DNA of 64,000 nt from Alphaproteobacteria bacterium (GCA_965248835.1 CBDFLJ010000001.1:1248001-1312000); one strand, 5' to 3'; positions 10,119-20,588 are shown, counted from the first letter of the stretch. Made by a program: numbers and translations. The notes: a model not told the origin generated them from the letters alone.

Positions 10119-11282
10119 CTACGGGCTTGCGGCCAATGCTGGTGCCGCCACCGTCAAATGGTTGTCCCAACGACCGGCCTTGAGAAAGGCGGTTTCGAGC
10201 GGCCTTGCCGCGCCGGACCACGCATCGATAACGAGCACGCCGCCGCGTCCGCTGCTGGCCAGGAATTCTCCCGGTCGCCCGCCCGGCGCGACGCCGCTGC
10301 CGTCCATGACCCTTGCGGAGGAGAGGTAGAGGCCGGCGCCGGCATCCCAAAAGGTGACGAGGTGGCCGCGCGGGGCCGACACAGCGATCACGCGGCCGCT
10401 CGAATCGAAGCAGACGCTGCCGCAATACTGCTTCATCGCGCGCCAGACATGGGGCGGCGCCTCCAAGGGGCGCAAGCCGGCGCTGCGACATCTTGCGGGC
10501 CGCGCGCGCTGCCGGCGATGCAGGGCGACAAGCGGCACGCGATCGCCGACCGGCCCTTCATACTGCATGGCAATCGCGACCGTGTCGTCCTTGCCGACGG
10601 CAAGGTGGCGGATGCTCAGTTGATGCAGCGCGCGACCGAACCGGATCTTCTGCAATAACTTGCCGTCGAGCCGGTCGACGTAACAAAGCGACGGCGTCAT
10701 GGTCGGCAGGTTGAGCTTGATGCGCGGCAGGTCCGGCCGCGTATGGATGCCGCCATTGGCGATGACGAGAGTCTTTTCGTCGGAGAGCAGGCGGATATCA
10801 TGCGGGCCGGTACCGTGCGAGGCGAATTCTCCAACCCGCTTGTAATCGTCATTCATGTCGTAGATTCCGACAACGCCGCGTTCGCCTTCGAAGTCGTTTT
10901 CGCTGGCGTAAAGCAAAATTCCATCGTGGCTGAATACGCCGTGGCCGAAAAAATGGCGGTCATTTGGTGTTGCAAACTCAGCTATGACGGTCCCATGTGC
11001 GAGGTCGATCGCGCACGCGAAGCGGCCGGGCCGCCGGGGGAAATGCACTGCGGTCCGCCCGTCGGGATGAACGGCGAAGGAATGCCCGCGCGCCGGAAGC
11101 GGCAGGTCGAAGATCCGCGCGCCGGCGGCCGAAAAGCCGCTCACCCAATAGGCGCCCGCGTCGCCGCCGCGCGCACTGAGGAATATCCGCCCGGCGGGCG
11201 CGGCGCCAAGCGGCAGCGGCAGGAGCGGCCCAACCAGCCCGCCGGTGAAAAGCCGAAGCGCGCTTCTGCGGTCAATCTCCAT
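10119..11282 (-). CDS. DUF1513 domain protein (Tat-exported beta-propeller)
   Basis: DRRSALRL Tat-like signal; LPARGH, HFFGHGVFS, GPHD, ANGGIHT, HQLSIRHL and WDNHL motifs. Confidence 0.88.
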   Translation of the reverse strand: MEIDRRSALRLFTGGLVGPLLPLPLGAAPAGRIFLSARGGDAGAYWVSGFSAAGARIFDLPLPARGHSFAVHPDGRTAVHFPRRPGRFACAIDLAHGTVIAEFATPNDRHFFGHGVFSHDGILLYASENDFEGERGVVGIYDMNDDYKRVGEFASHGTGPHDIRLLSDEKTLVIANGGIHTRPDLPRIKLNLPTMTPSLCYVDRLDGKLLQKIRFGRALHQLSIRHLAVGKDDTVAIAMQYEGPVGDRVPLVALHRRQRARPARCRSAGLRPLEAPPHVWRAMKQYCGSVCFDSSGRVIAVSAPRGHLVTFWDAGAGLYLSSARVMDGSGVAPGGRPGEFLASSGRGGVLVIDAWSGAARPLETAFLKAGRWDNHLTVAAPALAASP

Positions 11283-12378
11283 CGAGTGCGTTGAATCCGG
11301 CCGACAGCGCGAGCGCCGGCGCGAGGCGGTCTCTCACGATCTGTCTCAGCGCCCGAACCTGAATCGTCAGCTTCTCCGCCTGCGGCCGGAGCGAGCGGTC
11401 GACCGCGGCTTCCTCCAGGGGGCGGTTGATCGAACGCGCCGTCGCAATGGTGAGGCGAAACGCCTTGCGTAGCAGCCGGTCGAGTTTCGGATCGCCGGTT
11501 TTGACGAGCGCGCCGAGACCCGGCCCACCTTCGCCGCGATAGAGCGCCTGCAGCGCCTCGAGGTTGTCGATGACGTTGCGAAGCGATCGGCCGCTCCGAC
11601 GGGATTCCGCCATGCGAGGCCGCGCTGCCTGGAAGGTGTCGCCGACAACCGGTCTCAGCTTCGCGTCGGCGATGAGTTGCAGGCTGTCGTGAAGGCTCTT
11701 GAAAAACGATAGCGTCGCGTCACGGTGGTCCTGAAAGTATGGGTTTTGCGATCCTGGTTCCGCAAGGAGCCTGGCAAAGGGCGGCTCGCCTTCCTGCCAG
11801 CCGGCGAGGATTCCGGCCGCCATGCTGCGCATGTTCAGAGCTGTAGCTTCCAGCAATCCGCAGCCGATCATGCTTGTTCCCCTTCCCGTGCCCAGAAATT
11901 CGCTGCTGTAAAGGAGAACTTCGGCGGCCAACAAACCCTGAACCGCCGTGCTGGCCCGGCTGATGCGCGACGGGTGGAGGGCAGAGTCATCACCGGCTGC
12001 AACAAGCGCACGCACAACCGCTTCCACCTTGCCGCGTGCCTGAGGCCAGAAATGGAAACGATCGGCGCGCATGAACAGTTCGACCGGGCCGAAGCGCAGG
12101 TGCTGGACGCCCATCCAGGCCTCCATTGCATCATGGAAGCGCGCTTGCGTGCGCGCGCGGCTCGCCCGATCGCCACTGGCGCAGAAGTCCTTTGCGGCTG
12201 CCGCGAACGCCCCGGTTGCCGCCGATAAGAGCGTGTAACGCGGCAGGACATGGGTCTCGACCAGAGCCGCATTGACGCGTGCGTAATCCGCCGGCTTGAT
12301 CGGCTTCTCGCCCGAAACGGGCGCCGCATTCAGGAGAAGAAGGAAAATCAGGACCGCCGCCGAGAATTTGCGCATCAT
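11272..12378 (-). CDS. Imelysin family periplasmic protein
   Basis: Signal peptide, HLRFGP, FHFWPQ, QGLLAAEVLLY and C-terminal GFNALDGD. Confidence 0.85.
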   Translation of the reverse strand: MMRKFSAAVLIFLLLLNAAPVSGEKPIKPADYARVNAALVETHVLPRYTLLSAATGAFAAAAKDFCASGDRASRARTQARFHDAMEAWMGVQHLRFGPVELFMRADRFHFWPQARGKVEAVVRALVAAGDDSALHPSRISRASTAVQGLLAAEVLLYSSEFLGTGRGTSMIGCGLLEATALNMRSMAAGILAGWQEGEPPFARLLAEPGSQNPYFQDHRDATLSFFKSLHDSLQLIADAKLRPVVGDTFQAARPRMAESRRSGRSLRNVIDNLEALQALYRGEGGPGLGALVKTGDPKLDRLLRKAFRLTIATARSINRPLEEAAVDRSLRPQAEKLTIQVRALRQIVRDRLAPALALSAGFNALDGD

Positions 12379-12395
12379 GGAGCTGTGCTCATTTA

Positions 12396-13961
12396 TTAAA
12401 GCGAGCGCAGGAAAGCGAGCAGCGCCGCGCGTTCCTCTCTCGTCATGTTGACGACCCGCCGTTTCGCCGCCGCCGCTTCGCCGCCGTGCCAGAGGATGGC
12501 TTCAAGAAGGTTGCGCGCGCGGCCGTCATGCAGGAACAAGGTGTGGCCGTTCACGGTTTCGGTAAGGCCGATGCCCCAGAGTGGCGGTGTGCGCCACTCG
12601 CGTCCGGTCGCCTCGCCCTCGGGTCGGCCGTCGCTCAGCCCCTCGCCCATGTCGTGGAGCAGCAGATCGGAGTACGGCCAGATGAGCTGGAATGACTGCT
12701 CCTTGCCGATCGAGGCGCGCCCGGTCACGAATTTGGGCGTATGGCAGCCGGTGCAGTTCGCCTCGTAAAACAGGCGTTTCCCCTCGAGCACCTGCGCATC
12801 ATCGATGTTGCGGCGCGCCGGAACGCCAAGGTTGCGGCTGTAGAAAACAAGCAGGTCGAACATCTCGGCGCTCGCCTCGGCGCCGCGGGCTTCCGGGTCG
12901 CCGCCGTGAGGCGCGGCCCGGCATTCCCGCTGCGCCGGCGTGCAGTCGCCGTGTGGGCGTGGGTAGACAGGCGTGGAGATGCCGACGTCCCCCCGGAAGG
13001 CGCTTGCCGCTTGCTGCGCGACGGTCGGTTGTCCTGCCTTCCAACCGAATCTCCCCAGCATCACCTTGCCGTGCTCGTCGCTCCGGACCCGGTTCGGTCG
13101 CCCGGAAATGCCGTCGCCGTCGCGATCGTCCGGATCGGCGCCGGTGAAGATGTCAGCCTCCGCGATGGCTTCGAGCAGACCCATGCCGATGATCGGCGGG
13201 GCGACGCGCGGTGACATCATCGTATCGGGATGAAACGGCCCGTAGCGGAGATTCGTGACCCCATAGCTCGGCACACGCAGGGATGCCGCATCGCCGTCGG
13301 CCAATACGACCGGCGTCTCCTGGTAGGCGATCACCATCTCGCCCTCCGCGCTCACCCCCTGGACCGAGAAGTTTTGCAGCTGACCGCCGTAGGTCGGTTC
13401 TGCAATGACGGCCTTGCGGTAATCCCGCAGCGCTATTCGATCGGCGGTGTTGCGGGGCGGGATCGAAAGACGAAGAAACATCGATTCGGCCCGCTCCCCC
13501 TCGGCCGGCGGATGGCCGCGGCCGTCTTTCAGGTGACAGCGTTGACAGGAGCGCGCGTTGAACAGGGGGCCGAGACCGTCCGACGCCTTGGTGGAGCTCG
13601 GCGCCGACACCCACACCTTCCTGAAGATGCCGTTGCCGACCCTGAAGTCGAGCTCGCGCTCGAACGGCATGTTTGCAGACGGGTGCGAGAAAGCGTCTCG
13701 GCTTAGCGCTTTGAACACGGTTGCCGCGCCCCCGGGCCGGCGTTCGTATCGCTCGGGTCGAGCGAAGCTTTCCGCCGGCCGTGTCGCCGCCGCGACGCGC
13801 GCCCGCTCGATGCCGCGTTCTTCGGCGCGCGGCGCGCCGGCCGGAACCGAAAAAAGAAGGGCCGCAAAGGCAGCCAACGCAACGAGGACGCGCGCCGCGT
13901 TGCCTGAAGCCGAGCCGCGTGTGTGCAACACAAACCGATGCAAGAGCAGAGGCCTCACCAT
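12396..13961 (-). CDS. Di-heme oxidoreductase family protein (DUF1111)
   Basis: Two CxxCH motifs (SCQRCH, CTGCH), DGLGPLFN, GRFGWKA, WRTPPLWGIG and LHDGRAR; start codon uncertain. Confidence 0.88.
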   Translation of the reverse strand: MVRPLLLHRFVLHTRGSASGNAARVLVALAAFAALLFSVPAGAPRAEERGIERARVAAATRPAESFARPERYERRPGGAATVFKALSRDAFSHPSANMPFERELDFRVGNGIFRKVWVSAPSSTKASDGLGPLFNARSCQRCHLKDGRGHPPAEGERAESMFLRLSIPPRNTADRIALRDYRKAVIAEPTYGGQLQNFSVQGVSAEGEMVIAYQETPVVLADGDAASLRVPSYGVTNLRYGPFHPDTMMSPRVAPPIIGMGLLEAIAEADIFTGADPDDRDGDGISGRPNRVRSDEHGKVMLGRFGWKAGQPTVAQQAASAFRGDVGISTPVYPRPHGDCTPAQRECRAAPHGGDPEARGAEASAEMFDLLVFYSRNLGVPARRNIDDAQVLEGKRLFYEANCTGCHTPKFVTGRASIGKEQSFQLIWPYSDLLLHDMGEGLSDGRPEGEATGREWRTPPLWGIGLTETVNGHTLFLHDGRARNLLEAILWHGGEAAAAKRRVVNMTREERAALLAFLRSL

Positions 13962-14001
13962 TGACTGGACCGTGGGCGAGAAAACAGCTTGACACATCCA
14001 T

Positions 14002-14045
14002 AATGCGAATGATACGCAATATCAATGATATTGATTATCATTATC
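14002..14045. promoter_or_regulatory. Fur box(es) in a divergent promoter
   Basis: GATATTGATTATCATTATC (14027-14045) is 18/19 to the canonical Fur box; adjacent imperfect palindrome AATGCGAATGATACGCAAT (14002-14020); TTGACA at 13989. Confidence 0.8.
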
Positions 14046-14270
14046 ATATCCTCAAGAGAGGCTCGCCATGGCAAACGCCGCTGGTCCCTACATGCGGGCC
14101 GCTGCGCGCTCTTCTCTGGAGGGCGGCCGGCAACGCCGGCAACGCCGGGGCGTGGTGGCCGATGCTCTTGGCGGCAACGACGTGACCGATCGCGTGCCGG
14201 GCTGGGCCGCGCGCGTCATGCTGCGCTCTGGCGGCGTATCGTTGATCGGCGAGCACTTGAGATACGAACG

Positions 14271-15530
14271 ATGAAAACATTCTTGGCCGCGATCACGTTA
14301 ATGGCTTTGCCGATGCAAGCGTTCGCCGCGCCGCAGGCGCGCGAGGTGTTGTCACACTACGCCGCGATCGCGCATGCGGTGTACGAAGATTCGCTGACCG
14401 CTGCGCGCGACTTGCAGCAAGCCGTCAACCGGTTGATCGCCGCACCGACCGAACGGACTCTGAGCGCGGCGCGGGCCGCATGGAAGGCGGCGCGCGTTCC
14501 CTACCAGCAGAGCGAGGTCTATCGCTTCGGCAACGCCGTCGTCGACGATTGGGAGGGCAAGGTCAACGCCTGGCCGCTCGACGAAGGCCTGATCGACTAT
14601 GTCGCGGCAAGCTATGGCGCGGAGGCCGACGAGAACCCGGGGTACAGGGCCAACGTGATCGCGAGCCCGAGCCTCACCTTCTCGGGCCGCACCATCGACG
14701 CGCGGCGTATCACCAAGCGCCTGCTTGCCGAGACGCTCCACGAGCTCGGCGGCGTCGAGGCGAACGTAGCGACCGGTTATCACGCCGTCGAATTCCTCCT
14801 CTGGGGCCAGGATCTGAACGGTACGGGTCCGGGCGCAGGTGCGCGGCCGGCGAGCGATTTCGATCCAACCAACTGTTCGTGGGGCAACTGCGACCGGCGC
14901 GCGGCCTACTTGAGGGCGGCCACCGATCTTCTGGTCGAAGATCTGGCGTGGATGGCCGCCCAATGGGCGCCCGGCGGCGACGCCCGCAAGGGGTTGATCG
15001 ACGGCAATGTGAAACAGGGTCTCGCCGCCATCGTTACCGGCATGGGCAGCCTGTCCTACGGAGAGCTCGCCGGCGAGCGCATGAAGCTCGGACTGATGCT
15101 GCACGATCCGGAGGAAGAGCACGACTGTTTCAGCGACAACACCCATTACGCGCACTACTACGATGCGCTCGGCATCCGCAACGTCTATCTCGGGGAGTAC
15201 CGGCGCATCGACGGCACGGTGCTCAAGGGGCCGAGCCTCTCGAGTCTTGCCGCCGCCGCCTCGGCTGACGTCGATGAAAACCTGCGCGGCCGGCTGGATG
15301 CCACCATGGCGGCCATGGACGAGATCGTGAAGGCCGCGGAGGGCGGCGAGGCCTACGATCAGATGATCGGCGCCGGCAACCCAGCGGGCAACGCGCGGGT
15401 GCAGGCGGCCATCGACGCCTTGACGGCGCAGACCCGCGCTATCGAGAAAGCCGTTGCCGCGCTCCGGCTGGCTTCGATCGCGTTCGAAAGCTCGGACAGC
15501 CTCGACGATCCCGAGGCGGTCTTCAAATGA
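14271..15530 (+). CDS. Imelysin/IrpA-like iron-regulated periplasmic protein (peptidase M75 family)
   Basis: Signal peptide MKTFLAAITLMALPMQAFA, VNAWPLDEGLIDY, ATGYHAVEFLLWGQD and EEEHDCFSDNTH. Confidence 0.9.
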   Translation: MKTFLAAITLMALPMQAFAAPQAREVLSHYAAIAHAVYEDSLTAARDLQQAVNRLIAAPTERTLSAARAAWKAARVPYQQSEVYRFGNAVVDDWEGKVNAWPLDEGLIDYVAASYGAEADENPGYRANVIASPSLTFSGRTIDARRITKRLLAETLHELGGVEANVATGYHAVEFLLWGQDLNGTGPGAGARPASDFDPTNCSWGNCDRRAAYLRAATDLLVEDLAWMAAQWAPGGDARKGLIDGNVKQGLAAIVTGMGSLSYGELAGERMKLGLMLHDPEEEHDCFSDNTHYAHYYDALGIRNVYLGEYRRIDGTVLKGPSLSSLAAAASADVDENLRGRLDATMAAMDEIVKAAEGGEAYDQMIGAGNPAGNARVQAAIDALTAQTRAIEKAVAALRLASIAFESSDSLDDPEAVFK

Positions 15531-15714
15531 GCGGATTTCGGGCGAAGCACCGGCAGCGGCGGGTCGATGGCCGAGGACGATCATGAGGAGACGGCGCCGG
15601 TGTTGATCTGGCGCAACATCGACTCGAAATTGCTGGCCGCATTGCTGGTGACGACGGCCCGGATGCGCCGTGACCGCGAGGCGGTTCAATCGCGCGGCAA
15701 GGGGGCGATACGCC

Positions 15715-17022
15715 ATGTGCGGACCTAGCGCTAAGCCGGCGGACGTCCCGTTGGAGACGGAAAAACGTCTCCGACTGTGGGAGATTCCGTCCAACATGCA
15801 TTGTACCATCCTCGGTACCTGTCTGAGTCATCAAGAACTCATCAAGATCGGCCGCAGGGCCGGCATCGTGCCCGAGAAGCACGCCACCGATTACGAGGTG
15901 CACGCCTGGTTCGTACAACGGGCATCCGAGCCGGCCCGCTTGGCTCGGGTGATTCACAAGCGATTGGACCGCAAATATCGGCCCGCCATCGACGCCTGCC
16001 TGCCGGCGCAAGGCGAGGCGGATCTGGATGCATTCTGGTCGCTGTCTCTGGCCAAGGCTGACATCCCCGGGCCCTATTGGGCGTTGATGACGCACCCGTT
16101 GACGACCGAGACGTTGAGGGCGCGGGCGTTCGGCGACGTGCACATGCTCTCGCACCGGATAGGCTTCGCCAACCGCGACATCTTGCGGCGGCTGCGGACA
16201 GCGGAGGTCGAGCGCGGGAGGTTATCCGATCAGCTCGCCGATACCAGGCGGCACATGGCGGCCGAGCACCGGCGGACGTCTGAACGGCACGCCAAGGATA
16301 CGCAGACGCTGGTGCATCGGTTGCGGGAAGCCGAGATGGGCGAGGCAGCCCTGGCCGCCGCCGAGGCCCGATTGCGTGAATTCGAGCGCGGCGAGATCTA
16401 CCACACCCTGCGAAGCGAGAAAACGACGCTTGAGGCGGATTTGGAAGACGCCCGACACGTATGCGGGAAGCAATCGCGGAAATGCGAGGCCCTTGAGCGC
16501 GAACTGTCGCAGCTGAGGCAGGCGCACGAGGAAGCAACCGACAGGCTACAGGTAATCGGCGCCGAGTGTGCAGCGTTGGAGACCATGGTGCAGGCCGGCA
16601 TTCGCAACGGGACGGATCGCGCGGGCGCGGATGCGCGGATCATCGACCTGCGCGGGTGCCGCATAGCCTATGTCGGTGGGCGCGGCGGTACCGTCGGTCA
16701 CATCCGGGCTCTGATCGAGAACTCCAACGGTCTGTTCAGCCATCACGACGGCGGCATCGAGGACAGTGTCGCGCAGCTTGATCGAGTTCTGAACCAGGCA
16801 GACGTGGTCCTATGTCCCATCGATTGCGTCAGTCACGGTGCCTGCCTCAAGGCCAAGAAATTCTGCAAGCGGGCCGCCAAGACCTTCGTGCCGTTACGCA
16901 GCGCCAGTCTATCGTCATTGGCCACCTGGCTGCATCAGGCCACCGGGCCACGCGATGCAGTTGCAAAAGAGCGGCGTAATGTGCCGCTCGTCATGCTGAC
17001 GGAAACATCCAGGAACGGGTGA
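15715..17022 (+). CDS. DUF2325 domain protein with N-terminal Cys/His domain and central coiled coil
   Basis: HCTILGTC, YWALMTHP, FGDVHMLSH, coiled coil, then IAYVGG...HHDGG...LCPIDCVSHGAC...LRSASLSS. Confidence 0.8.
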   Translation: MCGPSAKPADVPLETEKRLRLWEIPSNMHCTILGTCLSHQELIKIGRRAGIVPEKHATDYEVHAWFVQRASEPARLARVIHKRLDRKYRPAIDACLPAQGEADLDAFWSLSLAKADIPGPYWALMTHPLTTETLRARAFGDVHMLSHRIGFANRDILRRLRTAEVERGRLSDQLADTRRHMAAEHRRTSERHAKDTQTLVHRLREAEMGEAALAAAEARLREFERGEIYHTLRSEKTTLEADLEDARHVCGKQSRKCEALERELSQLRQAHEEATDRLQVIGAECAALETMVQAGIRNGTDRAGADARIIDLRGCRIAYVGGRGGTVGHIRALIENSNGLFSHHDGGIEDSVAQLDRVLNQADVVLCPIDCVSHGACLKAKKFCKRAAKTFVPLRSASLSSLATWLHQATGPRDAVAKERRNVPLVMLTETSRNG

Positions 17023-17075
17023 GCTGGCGGGGTTTTGATGCGTCGCCGGATAACGAGTTGCGAGGAGGCCGCATC

Positions 17076-19202
17076 ATGTGTGCGAGACATAAGGGGCCGA
17101 CAATTTTCGCAGTCTGCGTGGCCCTGGCTTTGACGCCCGGTTATGCCTCAGCGCAGCAAAACCAAAGCGACGTCATCCAGCTCGACAAGATCGTCGTCGA
17201 CAAGGCCGGGCTGGTCGAGGAAACCGAGGGCGCGATCGAGATCACACGAGAGGATCTCGACAGGGCACAGGCGACCACGCTCGGCGACGTCTTTCGCTAT
17301 GCGCCCGGGATCGAAGGGCTCGCCGGGCCGGGGCGGCAATTTGGCGACGTCAACATCCGCGGAATCGACGGAGCGGGCGCGGTCATCATCGCCATCGACG
17401 GGGCGGAAAAGAACCTTGTCGAGACCAAGCACGGGATCGAATTCAACCCGATCTTCCTCAATCCGGACTTTCTCAAAAGCGTCACGATCGTCAAAGGGCC
17501 GGTCTCGAATGTCTATGGAACCGGGTCTATCGGCGGCCGCGTGGAGTTTCGCACTGTCGATCCGAGTGATTTCCTCGCCGTCGGCAAGGCCTTTGGCGGG
17601 GCCACGACGCTGGGCGGGGTCTCCAACGGCCCCGGCTACCACGCCAGCGCCATCGGCGCCGCGCGACTGGGCAAAGGCGGGGAAATTCTCGGCGGCCTGT
17701 CCTATCGCCGCTTTCACGACTATCGCGACGGCGACGATCTGGAGGTTCTCAACTCGGGCTCGGAGATAACCGGCATCCTGTCGAAAATCGTGTTGAGACC
17801 CGCCGATGGGTTGACCGTCGAGGCGAGCTACAATCGGACCGGGAATGAATATGTCGGCTCCAATGTGTATGGTCGAGCGAACTTCCGTCAGGATGCGGAT
17901 TTCGAGAACGATGTAGTAGACAGCTCTCTTACCGCGTCCGCCGAGTACAAGCCCGCATCGCTGACTTGGCTCAGCTTCGATGCGGATCTCTTCTATTCCA
18001 CAACTGTCCACGAGGAGACCCTCGTCGAGAAGCGTGCCGGTTCGCGGAGTCTTCCCGGTGACCGCGACAAGCGGGACGGTGTTTCTCGCGGCGGGACCCT
18101 CTTCGCCACCCTCAGGGGAACGACCGGGCCACTGCGCCACAAAGCCGCCATCGGCGGCAGCCTGACCAAGGACGTTCTGAAATACGAGAGGGTTCCCGGA
18201 ACCGATACCGAAGATGCCGGCACGCCCCCCGAGACCAACGGCGACCGCTTGGTCTATGGCTTCTTTGCCCAGAACCGGATCATATACGGCGACGGTCTTC
18301 TCGAGGTGATCCCGGGAGTGCGCTACGAGCGCTATGACGTCGAGACCGATCAGGGGGCCGAAACCTCCGGCGGAGAATTGCTGCCCAAGGTCACGCTCGC
18401 TTTGCGCCCGCTCATCCGAGCGTCGTTGAAGGGCTTGCAGCTATACGGGTCCTGGGCGCGGGGCCTGAGAGCGCCGAGACTGACCGAGCTGACCATTGAT
18501 CGGCAGTCGGAACGGACGCGGACGCTGAACGGGGTGACAACCACCACGATTACCAGAGATCTGGCAAACCCCGATCTCGAAGCCGAGTTCGCGCATAACG
18601 TTGAAATCGGGGCACGCTACAAGGGGCGGGGAGTCGTCGAGAGCGACGATGCGATGACGCTCACGGTCTCGCTTTTTCGGAACAACATCAAGAACAAGAT
18701 CGAGCGAGTGACCCTGAGCCAAGTGCCGCACGAGACCTTGGAATCAACGACCGTGACCACGCGTCAGATTCGCAATGTCGGCTCGGCACGCATCCAGGGC
18801 ATTGAGATCTCCGCTTCTTATGACGCACGGCGTTTCTTCTTCGGCGCGACAGCCGAGAAGACCAAAGGGAAGAACAAAGAAACAGGGGCGCCGTTGAACT
18901 CGGTGCGACCGACCTCCGCCACCCTCTACGGCGGGATGCGATTCCTCGATTATGCTCTGACCGTCGGCAGCGAAATCGAAATGGCGCAGGGCAAGACCGA
19001 AACCGGCGAGAACCTGGGCGTCATCGGCGATTCGACCAAAGGCTATACTCTGGTCAACCTGTTCTCCTCCTATCGGTTGAGCGATTCCGTCTCACTCAAC
19101 GCCCGCATCGATAACCTGTTCGACGTCGTTTATCGAAGATTCGACCACATCGATAACGGGGAGGGGATTAGCGGCAGGCTGTCGCTGACGGCGCGGTTCT
19201 AG
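17076..19202 (+). CDS. TonB-dependent outer-membrane receptor (heme/hemoglobin-receptor-like)
   Basis: RBS GGAGG, signal peptide, plug motifs NIRG and KGP.S..YG.GSIGG, LRAP and NPDL motifs, IDNLFD and terminal Phe. Confidence 0.9.
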   Translation: MCARHKGPTIFAVCVALALTPGYASAQQNQSDVIQLDKIVVDKAGLVEETEGAIEITREDLDRAQATTLGDVFRYAPGIEGLAGPGRQFGDVNIRGIDGAGAVIIAIDGAEKNLVETKHGIEFNPIFLNPDFLKSVTIVKGPVSNVYGTGSIGGRVEFRTVDPSDFLAVGKAFGGATTLGGVSNGPGYHASAIGAARLGKGGEILGGLSYRRFHDYRDGDDLEVLNSGSEITGILSKIVLRPADGLTVEASYNRTGNEYVGSNVYGRANFRQDADFENDVVDSSLTASAEYKPASLTWLSFDADLFYSTTVHEETLVEKRAGSRSLPGDRDKRDGVSRGGTLFATLRGTTGPLRHKAAIGGSLTKDVLKYERVPGTDTEDAGTPPETNGDRLVYGFFAQNRIIYGDGLLEVIPGVRYERYDVETDQGAETSGGELLPKVTLALRPLIRASLKGLQLYGSWARGLRAPRLTELTIDRQSERTRTLNGVTTTTITRDLANPDLEAEFAHNVEIGARYKGRGVVESDDAMTLTVSLFRNNIKNKIERVTLSQVPHETLESTTVTTRQIRNVGSARIQGIEISASYDARRFFFGATAEKTKGKNKETGAPLNSVRPTSATLYGGMRFLDYALTVGSEIEMAQGKTETGENLGVIGDSTKGYTLVNLFSSYRLSDSVSLNARIDNLFDVVYRRFDHIDNGEGISGRLSLTARF

Positions 19203-19378
19203 TGCATCGACCGAGGCATTTGAATCCGCCGGCAATTGGTGGTCCGGTAGCGACAACTCCCACAAACGTCTCGGCGAGTTGATCCATCGGTGCAAAACCA
19301 GCGGCTCAAAACGAAAGATTCGAACCGCTTGGAGTACGGCACAAGCGGGGTTCGGAATCGGCGGCGGAGGCAGTAAAG

Positions 19379-20566
19379 GTGAGCTGTCGTGCATTCAGCT
19401 TTTTCGTCGAGCTTCACCGATGGGTCGGTTTCGCCCTCTCGGTCCTATTTTTGATCATTATCTTGTCCGGCCTTGCGCTCGGCATCGAGAGCCTGATCAG
19501 GCGGATCGACGACCACGGTCAAGTTTATCGGCCGTTGTCACTCAAGGAACAGGCACTGGCGATCGAGACGCTTTGGCGGCGTTACCCGCAGGCGAGCGCC
19601 GTGACGGTGCCGACCGAGAGCCGCCCCTTCTTCCGGGTCTCTACCCGGGCAGGGAGCACGTTTCACGCGATCGAGGGCCTCGCTCTCGTCCATGAGATGC
19701 GACGGGGATCTGACAGCCTTCGCCGTTTCCTCATCGGCCTTCATCGCAATTTCTTGAAGGGCCGGCCCGGTCGGCATGTCGTCGCCTGGGTGTCCATACT
19801 CTCGGTCGCGATCGGTGTGATCGGTATCGTGGCCTGGTGGCCGCTCAGGCGGCGGTTTCGACTGCGCGACGTGATTCCGTCCTCTTTCGCGCGTCCGAAT
19901 CTGTTCCGCTTGCACTACACGGCCGGGGTCCTCGCCTTGGCGTTTCTTATAGTTCTCGGGTTGACCGGGGTCGGTATCACCTACCGCCAACAGGCCCACA
20001 TGCTCTTGGGCGTGGAACGTAATGTCCTCACTCGACCATTCGAAACACCCTACTATGTTGCGGAGAGCTGGCGGGAACGGATCCTTGCCGCTCAACCCTA
20101 TCTCGAAGGCGGGCGTTTCGTCGGCATTTCGCGCCCAAGAGCCCCCCGAGGAAGTCGGATCCGACTTGCCGCGAACCGCACCCTGGCCCCGATGGATGCG
20201 GTGCAAATCCGCTTTTTCGTCCCTGGCGACTGGCACGGTGCGGGCGCGTCCATGGTGCTGCTGGACGAGCCGCGCTCGGCAATCGTCGGCGTGTCGCACT
20301 TCCGCGAAAAAGCGTTCGGTCAGAAGCTCGGCGAGATGATGCGACCGCTTCACGATGGGTTCAACATGCCGACGGGCTATGTCGTCTTTCTAATCGCAGT
20401 GGCGGCCGTGCTGTTCCTGGTGGTGACGTCGGGTCTGTTCAGCTTTTTCCAGAAGACCTACCAACCGACAGGCGCGCCGGATTGGCATGCGGCCCGGCAA
20501 TGGCCGTGGTCCCGAGCGGCCGCGAGGGCGGATTCCGGCTCGCGCCAAGGACGAAGAGCGGAGTAG
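19379..20566 (+). CDS. PepSY-associated TM helix protein (putative ferric reductase)
   Basis: LHRWVG, LHRN, LHYTAG and PLHDG conserved His positions in TM segments. Confidence 0.85.
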   Translation: MSCRAFSFFVELHRWVGFALSVLFLIIILSGLALGIESLIRRIDDHGQVYRPLSLKEQALAIETLWRRYPQASAVTVPTESRPFFRVSTRAGSTFHAIEGLALVHEMRRGSDSLRRFLIGLHRNFLKGRPGRHVVAWVSILSVAIGVIGIVAWWPLRRRFRLRDVIPSSFARPNLFRLHYTAGVLALAFLIVLGLTGVGITYRQQAHMLLGVERNVLTRPFETPYYVAESWRERILAAQPYLEGGRFVGISRPRAPRGSRIRLAANRTLAPMDAVQIRFFVPGDWHGAGASMVLLDEPRSAIVGVSHFREKAFGQKLGEMMRPLHDGFNMPTGYVVFLIAVAAVLFLVVTSGLFSFFQKTYQPTGAPDWHAARQWPWSRAAARADSGSRQGRRAE

Positions 20567-20588
20567 ACGAGGAACGGAGGGGAGGTCA

